From the NCBI GenBank assembly GCA_965248535.1, contig CBDFJR010000005.1:64001-128000 (forward strand): a DNA stretch of 64,000 nucleotides, read 5' to 3'. This stretch comes from Phormidesmis sp. GTDB lineage: Bacteria > Cyanobacteriota > Cyanobacteriia > Leptolyngbyales > Leptolyngbyaceae. A model generated the notes under the pieces. The model searched no databases. It was not told the DNA's origin and saw only the letters and a list, made by a program, of their open reading frames with translations. This document shows positions 1-10,025 of the stretch, piece after piece. The translations under genes and the position numbers were made by a program. Numbering within the stretch: the stretch's first letter is position 1; the number at the start of each line of letters is the position of its first letter.

Positions 1-1
1 G

Positions 2-742
2 GTGCAGCAGATCATCTCAGAAGGCGAAATTGCCAAACGCCGCATGGTAGAAGCAAATCTGCGCCTCGTTGTTTCCGTCGCCAAGAAATATACTAAACGC
101 AACGTAGACCTGATGGATCTGATTCAAGAAGGCACGATCGGGATGCAGCGCGGCGTTGAAAAGTTTGACCCCACCAAAGGCTATCGCTTTTCAACCTATG
201 CCTATTGGTGGATTCGGCAGGCCATCACCCGTGCGATCGCCGAAAAAGGTCGCACGATTCGCCTACCGATTCACATCACTGAAAAGCTCAACAAGATCAA
301 AAAAGCCCAGCGTGCTCTGACTCAAAAACTGGGGCGGGCCGCCACTGCCGCAGAGCTTGCTGTAGAGCTTGAACTGACTCCCCGACAGGTGCGTGAATAC
401 CTAGAGCGGGCGCGATCTCCGCTCTCTCTCGATCTGCGAGTTGGCGACAACCAAGATACCGAGCTTGGTGAGCTTCTAGAAGACACCGGGCCATCACCCG
501 AAGATTTTGCGGCTCAAACCGCGCTCCGCAACGATCTAGAGGCGCTTATGGCCGATCTCACTCCCCAGCAGCGAGAGGTGCTAGCGTTGCGCTTTGGTCT
601 AGAAGATGGAAAAGCCCTGACTTTGGCGAAAATCGGCGACCAGCTTAACATCAGCCGTGAGCGCGTTCGTCAGATTGAGCGCGAGGCTCTCACCAAACTC
701 CGCAAGCGCAAAGGCGACATGGGAGAATATCTGGCCAGCTAG
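2..742 (+). CDS. sigD: Group 2 RNA polymerase sigma factor, SigD-like (5'-truncated by window edge)
   Basis: Sigma70 region 2 motifs [40 protein letters not shown]; region 4 SRERVRQIE. '[12 protein letters not shown]' and '[12 protein letters not shown]' resemble cyanobacterial SigD. Confidence 0.85.
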   Translation: MQQIISEGEIAKRRMVEANLRLVVSVAKKYTKRNVDLMDLIQEGTIGMQRGVEKFDPTKGYRFSTYAYWWIRQAITRAIAEKGRTIRLPIHITEKLNKIKKAQRALTQKLGRAATAAELAVELELTPRQVREYLERARSPLSLDLRVGDNQDTELGELLEDTGPSPEDFAAQTALRNDLEALMADLTPQQREVLALRFGLEDGKALTLAKIGDQLNISRERVRQIEREALTKLRKRKGDMGEYLAS

Positions 743-841
743 TCTCGTAGCATCCCCCCTGCTTCGGTTCGGTTCCACCTACTTACAGGACTCAGTTCTG
801 TTGTTAGAGTAGGTCTAACAAAAGTTGATTCCGTCCTCTGA

Positions 842-1195
842 GTGAGGTTGATAAACGTGAACGATACATCTAATCAAGTTCCAGAGTTCATCAAAAACGG
901 CGAGTCTGGGCTACTGTGGCAATACGTCCAGTCTCTCAGCCCCGAAACGATCGCTCAACTTTCAAAGCCGTCTTCTGCTGATGTGTTTCAAGTTGTGGAG
1001 CGCAACATCATTGGCTTGTTGGGTGGGTTGCCTTCTGATAACTTCGATGTCACTATTACAACGAGCCGCGAGCATCTAGGTCGGCTCTTGGCATCTGCGA
1101 TGATGAGCGGTTATTTTCTCCGCAATGCCGAACAGCGCATGACGTTTGAGACCGCCTTTCAAGTGGCTGAGTCTAGCTTGTCTGACAAGCCATAA
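842..1195 (+). CDS. DUF760 family protein
   Basis: LWQYVQSLSPETIAQLSKP...ITTSREHLGRLLASAMMSGYFLRNAEQR, typical of cyanobacterial DUF760. Start may be GTG 857. Confidence 0.8.
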   Translation: MRLINVNDTSNQVPEFIKNGESGLLWQYVQSLSPETIAQLSKPSSADVFQVVERNIIGLLGGLPSDNFDVTITTSREHLGRLLASAMMSGYFLRNAEQRMTFETAFQVAESSLSDKP

Positions 1196-1230
1196 TTGTC
1201 GCTGACTTAACCCTGACCTGCCCCCGTGGG

Positions 1231-2382
1231 GTGATTTCCACCGTGAAACTGAATCGAATAGCGGCAGATCGCCCTGACGGTCTGCCGTCTTTTGCTGTGT
1301 TAGAGTTACGAGCTTCTCTGCTCACCTGGTATGGGCAGTCTGGGCGCGATCTGCCTTGGAGACGAACGCGAGAGCCTTACGCGATTTGGGTTTCTGAGAT
1401 CATGCTTCAGCAGACGCAGGTGAAAACGGTGATTCCCTACTTTGATCGCTGGATGACGCAGTTTCCGACGATCGCGGCGATCGCGGCGGCCGATCTGCAA
1501 TCAGTTCTCAAAGCCTGGGAAGGATTGGGATATTACGCCCGTGCTCGAAATCTGCATCGAGCCGCTCAAGCCATAATGCAGCAGCACAACGGAACGTTTC
1601 CGACTCAGCTAGAAGCGGTGATGGCGCTGCCTGGCATTGGGCGCACCACGGCAGGAGGCATTCTCAGCGCCGCGTTTAATCAGCCTCTGGCGATTTTGGA
1701 TGGAAACGTCAAGCGAGTTTTGGCGCGGCTGATCGCCTTGGAGGTGCCGATCGCCAACGCGCTGCCCAGACTGTGGAAGCTCTCGCAGGATTTAGTCGCT
1801 CCCCAGCAGGGACGAGATTTTAATCAGGCGTTGATGGATTTGGGGGCGACGGTTTGCACGCCTCGCAATCCTACTTGCGGCGTTTGCCCGTGGCGAGGGC
1901 ACTGTCAGGCTTACAATTTAGAGATTCAATCTCAGATACCGATGTCAGAAACTCGTGCTCCGGTGCCTCACAAACAGATTGGCGTGGCCGTGATTTGGAA
2001 CGATCGGGGACAGATTCTCATCGATCGCCGCAAACCAGATGGCTTGCTCGGCGGCTTGTGGGAGTTTCCGGGCGGCAAGGTCGAAGTTGGAGAAACGATC
2101 GAGACGTGCATTCAGCGTGAGATTCGCGAAGAGTTGGGCATTGAAATCGCAGTGGGCGATCGTCTGGTCGTCGTCGATCATGCCTATAGCCATTTTCGGG
2201 TGACGCTCAATGTCCATCACTGCCGCCACTTAAGCGGAGAGCCACAGGCGATCGCGTGTGATGAAATTCGCTGGGTGACGCTAGATGAGCTTGACCAGTT
2301 TCCCTTTCCCAAGGCCAATCTGCAAATTATCGCAGCGCTGCGCCAGGGCAACACACAATCTTCCCAGCCTCCTCTAAAATGA
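1231..2382 (+). CDS. mutY: A/G-specific adenine glycosylase MutY with C-terminal NUDIX (MutT-like) domain
   Basis: RDLPWR, WVSEIMLQQT, GLGYYARARN, HhH LPGIGRTTA, DGNVKRV, 4Fe-4S CxxxxxxCxxCxxxxxC; Nudix box GGKVEVGETIETCIQREIREELG. Confidence 0.95.
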   Translation: MISTVKLNRIAADRPDGLPSFAVLELRASLLTWYGQSGRDLPWRRTREPYAIWVSEIMLQQTQVKTVIPYFDRWMTQFPTIAAIAAADLQSVLKAWEGLGYYARARNLHRAAQAIMQQHNGTFPTQLEAVMALPGIGRTTAGGILSAAFNQPLAILDGNVKRVLARLIALEVPIANALPRLWKLSQDLVAPQQGRDFNQALMDLGATVCTPRNPTCGVCPWRGHCQAYNLEIQSQIPMSETRAPVPHKQIGVAVIWNDRGQILIDRRKPDGLLGGLWEFPGGKVEVGETIETCIQREIREELGIEIAVGDRLVVVDHAYSHFRVTLNVHHCRHLSGEPQAIACDEIRWVTLDELDQFPFPKANLQIIAALRQGNTQSSQPPLK

Positions 2383-2408
2383 AGAAATATTGCTAATGAC
2401 GAAAAACT

Positions 2409-2669
2409 ATGGCTGCTAACGTTGAGATTTACACTTGGAGCACTTGCCCCTTCTGCATTCGTGCAAAATCTTTGCTCCAGAGCAAAGGCGTTGACTACAC
2501 TGAATATAATCTTGACGGCGACGAACCCGGACGAGCCAAAATGTCTGAGCGGGCCAACGGCAAACGATCGGTGCCTCAAATTTTCATCAACGATCACTAT
2601 ATCGGTGGCTGTGACGACATTCACGCCCTCGATCGCCAGGGAAAACTTGACCCCCTGCTTGCCAGCTAA
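2409..2669 (+). CDS. grxC: Glutaredoxin 3
   Basis: CPFC active site, SVPQIFI, IGGCDD; directly upstream of gshB. Confidence 0.95.
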   Translation: MAANVEIYTWSTCPFCIRAKSLLQSKGVDYTEYNLDGDEPGRAKMSERANGKRSVPQIFINDHYIGGCDDIHALDRQGKLDPLLAS

Positions 2670-2703
2670 CTAACCAGATTTAGAGCCGCCTAAGGACATT
2701 ACT

Positions 2704-3666
2704 GTGAAATTTGCATTCATTATTGACCCCATCCATCGGCTTGACCCCACTCACGACACCAGCATCGCCTTGATGGAAGCCGCGCAAGAGTTGGGGCACG
2801 AAGTCTGGATGACTCAGGCAAATCGGTTGAGCGTCATCGACGGCAAAGCGTGGGCAATGCTAGAGCAGGTGCATCTAACCCCGGTGACGCTGGTGGAGGG
2901 GCGTTGGGTGACGATCGAGTCCTGGTTTTCGCTCGACTCCCCCACGTTTTGTCCCCTCGAAACGATGGACGCGGTGTTCATGCGAACTGATCCCCCCGTC
3001 GATACGGCCTATCTCTATGCGACTTACATTCTGGATTATGTTGACCCGGCTAAAACCCGCGTGATCAACTCGCCCAGCGGCATTCGAGCCGCCAACGAAA
3101 AAATGTATGCGCTGCAATTTACCGAGGCGATTCCTGAAACGATCGTCAGTCAAGATAAAGCTGTGATTCGGCAATTTTTAGAGAAAAAAGGAGCGGCCGT
3201 TCTCAAACCCCTAGGCGGCAAAGCTGGAGAAGGAATTCTGTTTTTAGAACCGAGCGATCGCAACTTTAACTCGCTGGTTGAGATCAGCACACTTCAAGGC
3301 AAGTTGCCTGTGATGGTGCAGACTTATTTGCCAGAAGCCAAAGACGGCGATAAGCGCATTATTTTGCTCAACGGCAGCCCGATCGGGGCCGTCAATCGCA
3401 TCCCTACCGGAACTGATTTTCGGGGCAACATGGCCGTAGGCGGACGAGTCGCCTCTGTAGATATGACAGAACGAGACCACGAAATTTGCACCCAGCTTGC
3501 ACCCACCCTGCAACGCGATGGCTTGGTGTTTGTTGGCATCGACGTGATCGGCGGTTATTTAACAGAAGTGAACGTCACCAGCCCGACTGGAATTCGTGAA
3601 GTCGATCGCCTGAGCAATGTTCGTCTTGCTGACCAGGTGATTGAGTGGCTCCAGCAAACTCACTAA
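2704..3666 (+). CDS. gshB: Glutathione synthetase
   Basis: FIIDPI...HDTS, MRTDPP, NEK, GDKRI, FRGNMAVGG, EVNVTSPTG. Confidence 0.97.
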   Translation: MKFAFIIDPIHRLDPTHDTSIALMEAAQELGHEVWMTQANRLSVIDGKAWAMLEQVHLTPVTLVEGRWVTIESWFSLDSPTFCPLETMDAVFMRTDPPVDTAYLYATYILDYVDPAKTRVINSPSGIRAANEKMYALQFTEAIPETIVSQDKAVIRQFLEKKGAAVLKPLGGKAGEGILFLEPSDRNFNSLVEISTLQGKLPVMVQTYLPEAKDGDKRIILLNGSPIGAVNRIPTGTDFRGNMAVGGRVASVDMTERDHEICTQLAPTLQRDGLVFVGIDVIGGYLTEVNVTSPTGIREVDRLSNVRLADQVIEWLQQTH

Positions 3667-3744
3667 TTTTTGCGTCGCTAAAGCCTATGATAAAATGCTT
3701 TACCTACGATTAATATAGTCATCAGTCTTTTCCAAAGTCAGCCG

Positions 3745-5955
3745 ATGGTGCAGTCCAATAAACGGCAAAAGCCTATCTGGGCAGGGTTAACTCAAGCAGT
3801 TTGGGAAAGAGGTCGAGTTTGGATCACGGCTACCGGGGTGGCAGGGTGTGTGATTGCGCTGCGATTGACTGGGCTGCTGCAACCCTGGGAGCTAGGCGCG
3901 TTAGATGAGTTTTTTCGATTGCGCCCCCTAGAACCGAGGGACGATCGCATCGTCATCATCGGACTGAGTGAATCAGATTTACAGCAAATCAACTGGCCGA
4001 TCTCAGATGCGACGCTGACGCAGCTTTTGCAAAAAATTCGGGCTGCCAAACCGCGAGCGATCGGACTTGACCTCTATCGCGATTTGCCCAGTCGAGCGGG
4101 TCACTCAGAGTTGCTCGAAACGTTTCGCGAGATGCCGCACCTAGTCGGAGTCGAGCAACTCAAAGATCACGAAAGCGATGGCGTAGCCCCGCCTCCGGCG
4201 TTAGCCCAACTTGACCAAGTGGGCTTTAACAACGTCATTTTTGACCCCGATCGCAAAGTCCGGCGATCGTTGCTCTATTGGCCAAAAAGTTCAGATGGCA
4301 AAGTTCATAAAAGCTTCTCCTTAAAACTAGCCCTGGTTTATCTCAAAGCCTTTGGCATTCGAGAACAAGCTGCCCCCCAAAATTCTCGATATCTACAGCT
4401 CGATCGAGCCGTGTTTCCCCAGTTTCGCTCCAACGATGGGGTTTATGCTCAGGCAGATGATGGGGCTTACCAAATTCTGGCAAACTTTCGAGGGCCGACC
4501 CATTACTTTGACACCGTTTCAGTCACAGATATTTTAGAGGAGCGCGTCTCAGTCGAGAGATTGCACGATCGCATTGTTTTAATCGGCTCAACTGCCACTA
4601 GCCTCAAAGACTTTACCCCCAACCCCTACAGCAGTTCGTGGACAACTGCCTCAGAGCCAATGCCTGGGGTAGAGCTACAAGCCAACTTTATTAGCCAAAT
4701 TATCAGCACCACCCTAGACGGGCGCACCCTGCTCAAGGTTTGGGTCGAGCCTGGAGAATGGCTATGGATTTTGGCTTGGGCTTTTGCAGGCACCCACTTG
4801 AGTTGGCAACTGCGATCGCCGCGCCGCTCAATCATCGCGATCGGGGTTCTGAGTTTTGGGCTGACCGTCATCTGCTATCTGTCCTTTTTAGGAGGCTGGA
4901 TTGTGCCGCTGGTGCCTCCTCTAGTCGCGTTATCAGTGTCGGTAATCGTGATGATTAGCGATATTGCCCACTCAGACGAAGAACTCAAACGATCGAAAGA
5001 ATTTCTGCATCGCATTATCAACACCATTCCTGACCCTATTTTTGTAAAAGATAAAAGTCATCGGTGGATTGTGTTAAATGAAGCCTATTCAAGACTGTTA
5101 GGAAGACCCATCAAAGAACTAATTGGCAAGTCTGATCATCAGATATTTTCTGAACACGAAGCCAATATTTTTAAACAGCAAGACGAACTCGTTTTTAAGT
5201 ATGAAACTGAAGTCGAACACGAAGAAGAATTTACCAGCTTAGAGGGAGTCACCTATCAAATTGCAACCAAGCGATCGCTGCACAAAGACGCAGCCGGAAA
5301 TCTATTTTTAGTCGGCGTAATTCGAGATATCACCCAGCGCAAAACCATTGAAGAAGAATTGCGGCGCACCACCCAAGAGCTATCTCGATCGAATGCAGAG
5401 TTGCTTCTCTCGCAAGACCGCCTCAACTATCTAGCAAACCACGATCCTTTAACAGGCTTACCTAACCGCAATCTATTTGATGAACGGCTTCATGAGTGTC
5501 TAAAATGGGCAGACACAACCCAACAAATAGTGGCATTAATGTTTCTAGATTTAGATGGGTTTAAGAAGATTAACGACACCCTTGGGCATGGCGTGGGCGA
5601 TGCACTTTTGCAAGCAGTGGCTAAACGGTTGAATGGCTGTTTGAGAACTAGTGATCTAGTGGCTCGCCTCGGCGGAGACGAATTTGTGATTCTCTTGACT
5701 GCGGTGCCCCAAGTGCAAGACGTAGCAGGCATCGCCCGAAAGATTTTGACCACGCTCTCTCAGGCATTTGCCGTTTCAAATCAAACAATTTTTGTGACCA
5801 CAAGCATCGGAATTAGTATTTTTCCGGCTGATGGCGAAGAGGCTGACTTGCTCATTCAGCAGGCAGATGAGGCCATGTATCAGGCAAAAAAATTAGGCAA
5901 AAATCAATATAGATTTGCGTCACCCGCCAGTGATCAAGACTATTTGAGCCATTAG
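3745..5955 (+). CDS. CHASE2-TM-PAS-GGDEF diguanylate cyclase
   Basis: CHASE2 (RAIGLDLYRDLP, MPGVELQAN), 3 TM helices, PAS (IPDPIFVKD...RDIT), HDPLTGLPNR, RTSD I-site followed by intact GGDEF. Confidence 0.92.
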   Translation: MVQSNKRQKPIWAGLTQAVWERGRVWITATGVAGCVIALRLTGLLQPWELGALDEFFRLRPLEPRDDRIVIIGLSESDLQQINWPISDATLTQLLQKIRAAKPRAIGLDLYRDLPSRAGHSELLETFREMPHLVGVEQLKDHESDGVAPPPALAQLDQVGFNNVIFDPDRKVRRSLLYWPKSSDGKVHKSFSLKLALVYLKAFGIREQAAPQNSRYLQLDRAVFPQFRSNDGVYAQADDGAYQILANFRGPTHYFDTVSVTDILEERVSVERLHDRIVLIGSTATSLKDFTPNPYSSSWTTASEPMPGVELQANFISQIISTTLDGRTLLKVWVEPGEWLWILAWAFAGTHLSWQLRSPRRSIIAIGVLSFGLTVICYLSFLGGWIVPLVPPLVALSVSVIVMISDIAHSDEELKRSKEFLHRIINTIPDPIFVKDKSHRWIVLNEAYSRLLGRPIKELIGKSDHQIFSEHEANIFKQQDELVFKYETEVEHEEEFTSLEGVTYQIATKRSLHKDAAGNLFLVGVIRDITQRKTIEEELRRTTQELSRSNAELLLSQDRLNYLANHDPLTGLPNRNLFDERLHECLKWADTTQQIVALMFLDLDGFKKINDTLGHGVGDALLQAVAKRLNGCLRTSDLVARLGGDEFVILLTAVPQVQDVAGIARKILTTLSQAFAVSNQTIFVTTSIGISIFPADGEEADLLIQQADEAMYQAKKLGKNQYRFASPASDQDYLSH

Positions 5956-6057
5956 TTTTGGCGCAAAGCAGACGGCTGCAAGGGGCAAAGCAGCCAGAGG
6001 GAACCGAGTGGCCACGATCGCTCCCCTGCCCAGCCCCTTTCTTAGCTATCGCATTCC

Positions 6058-6903
6058 CTAAACCGCCGTCCGGGTGAGCAGCACGGGGCAGTTAGCATAG
6101 ACTCGCACATAGTCCGACAGAGAGTTGCCCAACAGGCGATCGAGGTCAGGCAAGCCCTTAGCGATCGAGGGGCGACGCTCAGGCGAGCCGAGCATTAGCA
6201 AATCGGCTTTAGTGTCTTCTGCCAGCCGACAGAGCACTTCTCCAGCCTTGCCTGAAGCCAAAATAGATCGATGGGCAACGCCTGCTTTTTTCGCCTCAGA
6301 TGCTGCTGCCGCTAGACTCGGCTCTTTTTCTGCATCGGCTCCAGTTTTTTCACCTCTCTTAGCGTCAGAGTCAACGTGCGCCAAGGTCAACTGTCCGCCT
6401 TTGATGTCGCGAGTCAGCGCCAACGCCAGCTTTAGGGCTTGCTTAGAGGCAGCAGAACTGTCGATCGCCACCATCACCCGGTTAATTTTACGCACATAAA
6501 TTTCATCTTTGACCAGCAACATGGGGCTGGATGACAACTGAAAAACATATTGGCTCACCGAGTTTTCTAAAATCGAAACGAGCCGCTTTAAGCCACGCGA
6601 TCCCATAATAATCAGGTCAGCGTTGAGTTCTTCAGCAACCTTGCAAACCACATCTTTGGGTTCTCCCTGCCGCAAAACGGCCGCCACATGATCTGCGTCT
6701 AAATTAAGAGACTGAATGGCTTTTGCCAGCACTCTGCCCCCTTCTTCCCATTTTTCGGCCATTGCATCCGCAGAGACCTGAGCCGGAACCACATGCAGCA
6801 CGGTCACAAACGCTCGTTGAATGGCCGGAATCTCCATCAGCGCTTTCAGCATGGCTTCAGACTGTCCAGTCCCTGAGTCAGCCAATAAGATTTTTTCTAT
6901 CAT
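6058..6903 (-). CDS. Tandem-domain universal stress protein
   Basis: Two Usp domains (KILLADSG...ADLIIMGSRG; VMVAIDSS...DLLMLGS...CPVLL). Confidence 0.92.
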   Translation of the reverse strand: MIEKILLADSGTGQSEAMLKALMEIPAIQRAFVTVLHVVPAQVSADAMAEKWEEGGRVLAKAIQSLNLDADHVAAVLRQGEPKDVVCKVAEELNADLIIMGSRGLKRLVSILENSVSQYVFQLSSSPMLLVKDEIYVRKINRVMVAIDSSAASKQALKLALALTRDIKGGQLTLAHVDSDAKRGEKTGADAEKEPSLAAAASEAKKAGVAHRSILASGKAGEVLCRLAEDTKADLLMLGSPERRPSIAKGLPDLDRLLGNSLSDYVRVYANCPVLLTRTAV

Positions 6904-7049
6904 GAGTTTGCCTCATCTATTAATCGTCTCTGATCGTATTTAAGATCGTGGGCTTGACCCATTTTGCAAAATGTTGCAATGGTTCACAATTGGCGGCTCA
7001 ACAGCAACGGGTGTAGAAGGCGTAGAATACGATCGGTGATTTTAAGAAG

Positions 7050-7532
7050 GTGGGTGACGTGTCAGAGCAACCGCAATTATCGACCACAAATATTGTCCAG
7101 CCCGAACTGCAAGTCGCTTCGATCAATTGGTTTGACTATCCGGTGAGAGCGTTTCCGCACCATACTGACTATGCGGGGGTGGTGTGGCACGGCACGTTTT
7201 TGGCTTGGTTAGAAGAGGCGCGGGTAGAATGCCTACGATCGATGGGCGTTGACTTTGCTGAGTTGGTGGCGCTGGGCTGCAATTTGCCCGTTATGGAGTT
7301 GTCGATTCGCTATCATCAGTCGATTCAAATGGGGATGGATGCGATCGTTAAAACCCGCATCGCTGACATGGAGGGCGTTCGCATTAACTGCGATTCTCAG
7401 ATTCAGTCTTTAGAGGGTGACGTTTTGTTTGCAACGGCACGGGTGACGCTCGTCGCGGTAGACCTAGCAAAAGGCAAAATTATGCGTCAGTTGCCTTCGG
7501 CAGTCAAAGATGCCCTGATGAAGAATTTTTGA
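7050..7532 (+). CDS. Acyl-CoA thioesterase (YbgC/4HBT-like hotdog fold)
   Basis: HTDYAGVVWHGTFLAWLEEAR motif. Confidence 0.88.
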   Translation: MGDVSEQPQLSTTNIVQPELQVASINWFDYPVRAFPHHTDYAGVVWHGTFLAWLEEARVECLRSMGVDFAELVALGCNLPVMELSIRYHQSIQMGMDAIVKTRIADMEGVRINCDSQIQSLEGDVLFATARVTLVAVDLAKGKIMRQLPSAVKDALMKNF

Positions 7533-7570
7533 CTATCTCTGATTAAATTCATGATCCTAAGATCTGGACT

Positions 7571-7744
7571 AAAGCTCCAATTTCTTCTGATACCCATTTC
7601 GGATGCAATTGCGACTGATCGTTCAATCCGACGGGGCACGGCAGTGCCATGCCCCTACGCTTTTTGTACGGGCATCGCACTGCCGGGCCCTCGTGCGGAT
7701 CTGTCGCATTCACAAATCAAATTGGTATGAGAAATCGGAGCTTT
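7571..7744. repeat. REPIN/MITE-like element: ~50-bp imperfect terminal inverted repeats enclosing two inverted REP-like palindromes
   Basis: Left arm AAAGCTCCAATTTCT..ATACCCATTT..TGCGACTGATC; right arm reverse-complemented AAAGCTCCGATTTCT..ATACCAATTT..TGCGACAGATC. Core holds GGGGCACGGCAGTGCCATGCCCCTAC and GTACGGGCATCGCACTGCCGGGCCC. Confidence 0.7.
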
Positions 7745-7754
7745 GATCTCGCAC

Positions 7755-7957
7755 AGCAGGTCTTTAACGGCAATCACACACTCTGCAAACGCTAGCGGTG
7801 CAATGGTCAACGCTTTCGCCAAAATGGTTTCGCTCGCCCAATCAACGTTCTACAAGGTGATTAATCCGACTAACGGCGGCACGATGAGCGGTTCCTTTCG
7901 CTGCCATCTTGATAACATTCGCACTGGGATTTGCCGGAGTGCGATCGCAGAGTTCAT
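7755..7957 (-). pseudogene. Uma2-family endonuclease remnant with two internal deletions
   Basis: Minus-strand fragments in different frames: MNSAIALRQI / VIKMAAKGTAHRAAVSRINHLVER*LGER / SETILAKALTIAPLAFAECVIAVKDLL, matching N-terminal, early-central and C-terminal parts of cyanobacterial Uma2 proteins. Confidence 0.7.
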
Positions 7958-7982
7958 AGACAGCTAACCTTCAAAATCGACA

Positions 7983-9881
7983 CTATTCAACAGTAACGCT
8001 CTTGGCCAGGTTGCGAGGCTGATCGACATCCAACCCCCGCCGCGCCGCAATATGATAAGCCAGCAGTTGCAGCGGAATCACCGTCAAAATCGGCGATAGC
8101 AACTCGTCTACATGAGGCACCGGGATGAGTGTATCAAAGGTGTCTGCGGCTTCTTGCTCATCCATCGGGGTCACGCCGATCAGTCGCGCATCTCGTGCCC
8201 GCGCTTCTTGAGCGTTAGAAAGCACCTTCTCGTAGACCGCGCCCGGCATGGCGATCGCCACCACAGGCACCTTGGCATCTAAGAGAGCGATCGGGCCGTG
8301 CTTCATCTCACCCGCGGGATAGCCTTCAGCGTGAATGTAGCTGATTTCTTTGAGCTTCAGGGCCCCTTCGAGCGCGATCGGGAAGTTAATTCCCCGTCCC
8401 AAAAAGATAAAGTCTTGAGTCTCGGCAAAGTCGTGGGCCAGTTCTTCGATATAGCGTTCTTGGCTTTCTAACACAACTTCCATCTGAGCCGGAAGCTGTC
8501 GCAGCCCAACTAAGATGGCTTCAAGCTGCTCAGGTGACTTGGCTTGACGGCGATAGGTCAGATCCAACGCGAGCGCATAGAAGGCCATCACCTGAGCCAC
8601 AAAGGTTTTGGTTGCCGCTACGCCGATCTCAATTCCCGCATGAGTGTCAATAATGTTGGGCACTAGATGACCGAGCGAGCTTTCAGGACGGTTGGTGATG
8701 CCGAGCAGACGAGACTGCAACTCAGGATTTTGAGTGAACCCCGATCGCCGTTTCTTCTCCATCTCCAAGGCGGCTAATGTGTCGGCAGTCTCACCGGATT
8801 GCGTCACCCCGATCGTCAGCGTATTCCATGTAATCGGAGCCGGAGCATAGCGAAACTCTGACGCATAATCCACCGTGGTAGGTACTCCTGCCAATTGCTC
8901 TAAAAGATATTTACCTACCAAGCCAGCGTGCCAACTCGTCCCGCAGGCCACGATTTGAATGTGCTGTAAATCTGTCACCAGTTCAGACGGCAAGCCGAGA
9001 TGAATGGGCGATTTGTTGGCAGCAGCATCGATCGCGGCCCACTCGCTGTCAAAATAGGCTTCTAAACAAGCGCGAACGACTCCGGGTTGCTCATAAATTT
9101 CTTTGAGCATGAAGTGTTTAAAGCCCTGTTTCTCGACCATGACCGGGTTCCAGTTCAGCGTGCGCGGAGTCTTTTTGAGGCGATGTCCGTCAAAGCTATA
9201 AATCTCTACGCCTAGAGGAGTCATTCGCGCCAATTCACCATTGTCGAGAGGCAACACTGCACGAGTGTAAGGCACCAATGCAGGCGTGTCAGAGGCACAA
9301 TAAAACTCGCCCTGCCCAAAGCCGATCACAACGGGGGCCTGTTGACGCGCCACGATCAACTCGTCGGCATGGTCAGCAGAAATGACGGCGATCGCAAACG
9401 CCCCCTTGAGCCGATTTACCACCAGCCGCACAGCTTCTAAAAAAGGCATTGGAGCGTCATTTAAAGCAGCAAGCTGCTCGGCAATTAAGTGAGGAATGAC
9501 TTCGGTATCAGTGTCCGATCGGAAGACACAGCCGCGACTTTTTAAGTCTTCGCGCAGTTCGCGGTAGTTTTCAATAATGCCGTTTTGGATAACTGCAATG
9601 CGCTGGTCAGTATCCATGTGGGGATGGGCATTGTATTCTTCGGGTTTGCCGTGGGTTGCCCAGCGAGTGTGCGCGATGCCGATGCGAGCGGGGTTGGTTT
9701 CCCCAGCCAGTTTTTCTTCAAGGTTGATCAGTTTGCCCTTGGCTCTCACGCAGTGAATTTCACCTTCTAAGACGGTGGCGATTCCGGCTGAGTCATAGCC
9801 CCGATATTCTAGTTTGCGAAGCCCTTCGAGCAAGATGCCGCTGGCTGCCTGAGTTCCGATGTAGCCGACAATTCCACACAT
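7983..9881 (-). CDS. glmS: Glutamine--fructose-6-phosphate transaminase (isomerizing)
   Basis: MCGIVG N-terminus, EYRGYDSAG, HTRWATHG, QSGETADT, EGALKLKE, VDQPRNLAKSVTVE. Confidence 0.99.
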   Translation of the reverse strand: MCGIVGYIGTQAASGILLEGLRKLEYRGYDSAGIATVLEGEIHCVRAKGKLINLEEKLAGETNPARIGIAHTRWATHGKPEEYNAHPHMDTDQRIAVIQNGIIENYRELREDLKSRGCVFRSDTDTEVIPHLIAEQLAALNDAPMPFLEAVRLVVNRLKGAFAIAVISADHADELIVARQQAPVVIGFGQGEFYCASDTPALVPYTRAVLPLDNGELARMTPLGVEIYSFDGHRLKKTPRTLNWNPVMVEKQGFKHFMLKEIYEQPGVVRACLEAYFDSEWAAIDAAANKSPIHLGLPSELVTDLQHIQIVACGTSWHAGLVGKYLLEQLAGVPTTVDYASEFRYAPAPITWNTLTIGVTQSGETADTLAALEMEKKRRSGFTQNPELQSRLLGITNRPESSLGHLVPNIIDTHAGIEIGVAATKTFVAQVMAFYALALDLTYRRQAKSPEQLEAILVGLRQLPAQMEVVLESQERYIEELAHDFAETQDFIFLGRGINFPIALEGALKLKEISYIHAEGYPAGEMKHGPIALLDAKVPVVAIAMPGAVYEKVLSNAQEARARDARLIGVTPMDEQEAADTFDTLIPVPHVDELLSPILTVIPLQLLAYHIAARRGLDVDQPRNLAKSVTVE

Positions 9882-10025
9882 AGCTCACTCCTGGGTGAAT
9901 CGAGTCGTGACGTTCTCCGCTAAATTTAGCTTGAGTCTGTGCAGGATACCAGAATCGGGAGCCAACGATCGGGCATTAAGAGACCAGCTTGATAGAGACT
10001 GCTAAAACCGAGCAACCTTCGTTAA

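Noticed and set aside
7743..7967. 74-aa + strand ORF
   Set aside because: Antisense shadow of the Uma2 remnant; no motif or RBS.
7940..7990. Tn7-like insertion at the glmS attachment site
   Set aside because: No repeated TnsB-binding sites or tns genes; only a Uma2 remnant follows glmS.
9882..10020. glmS ribozyme
   Set aside because: No recognisable conserved ribozyme core upstream of glmS.
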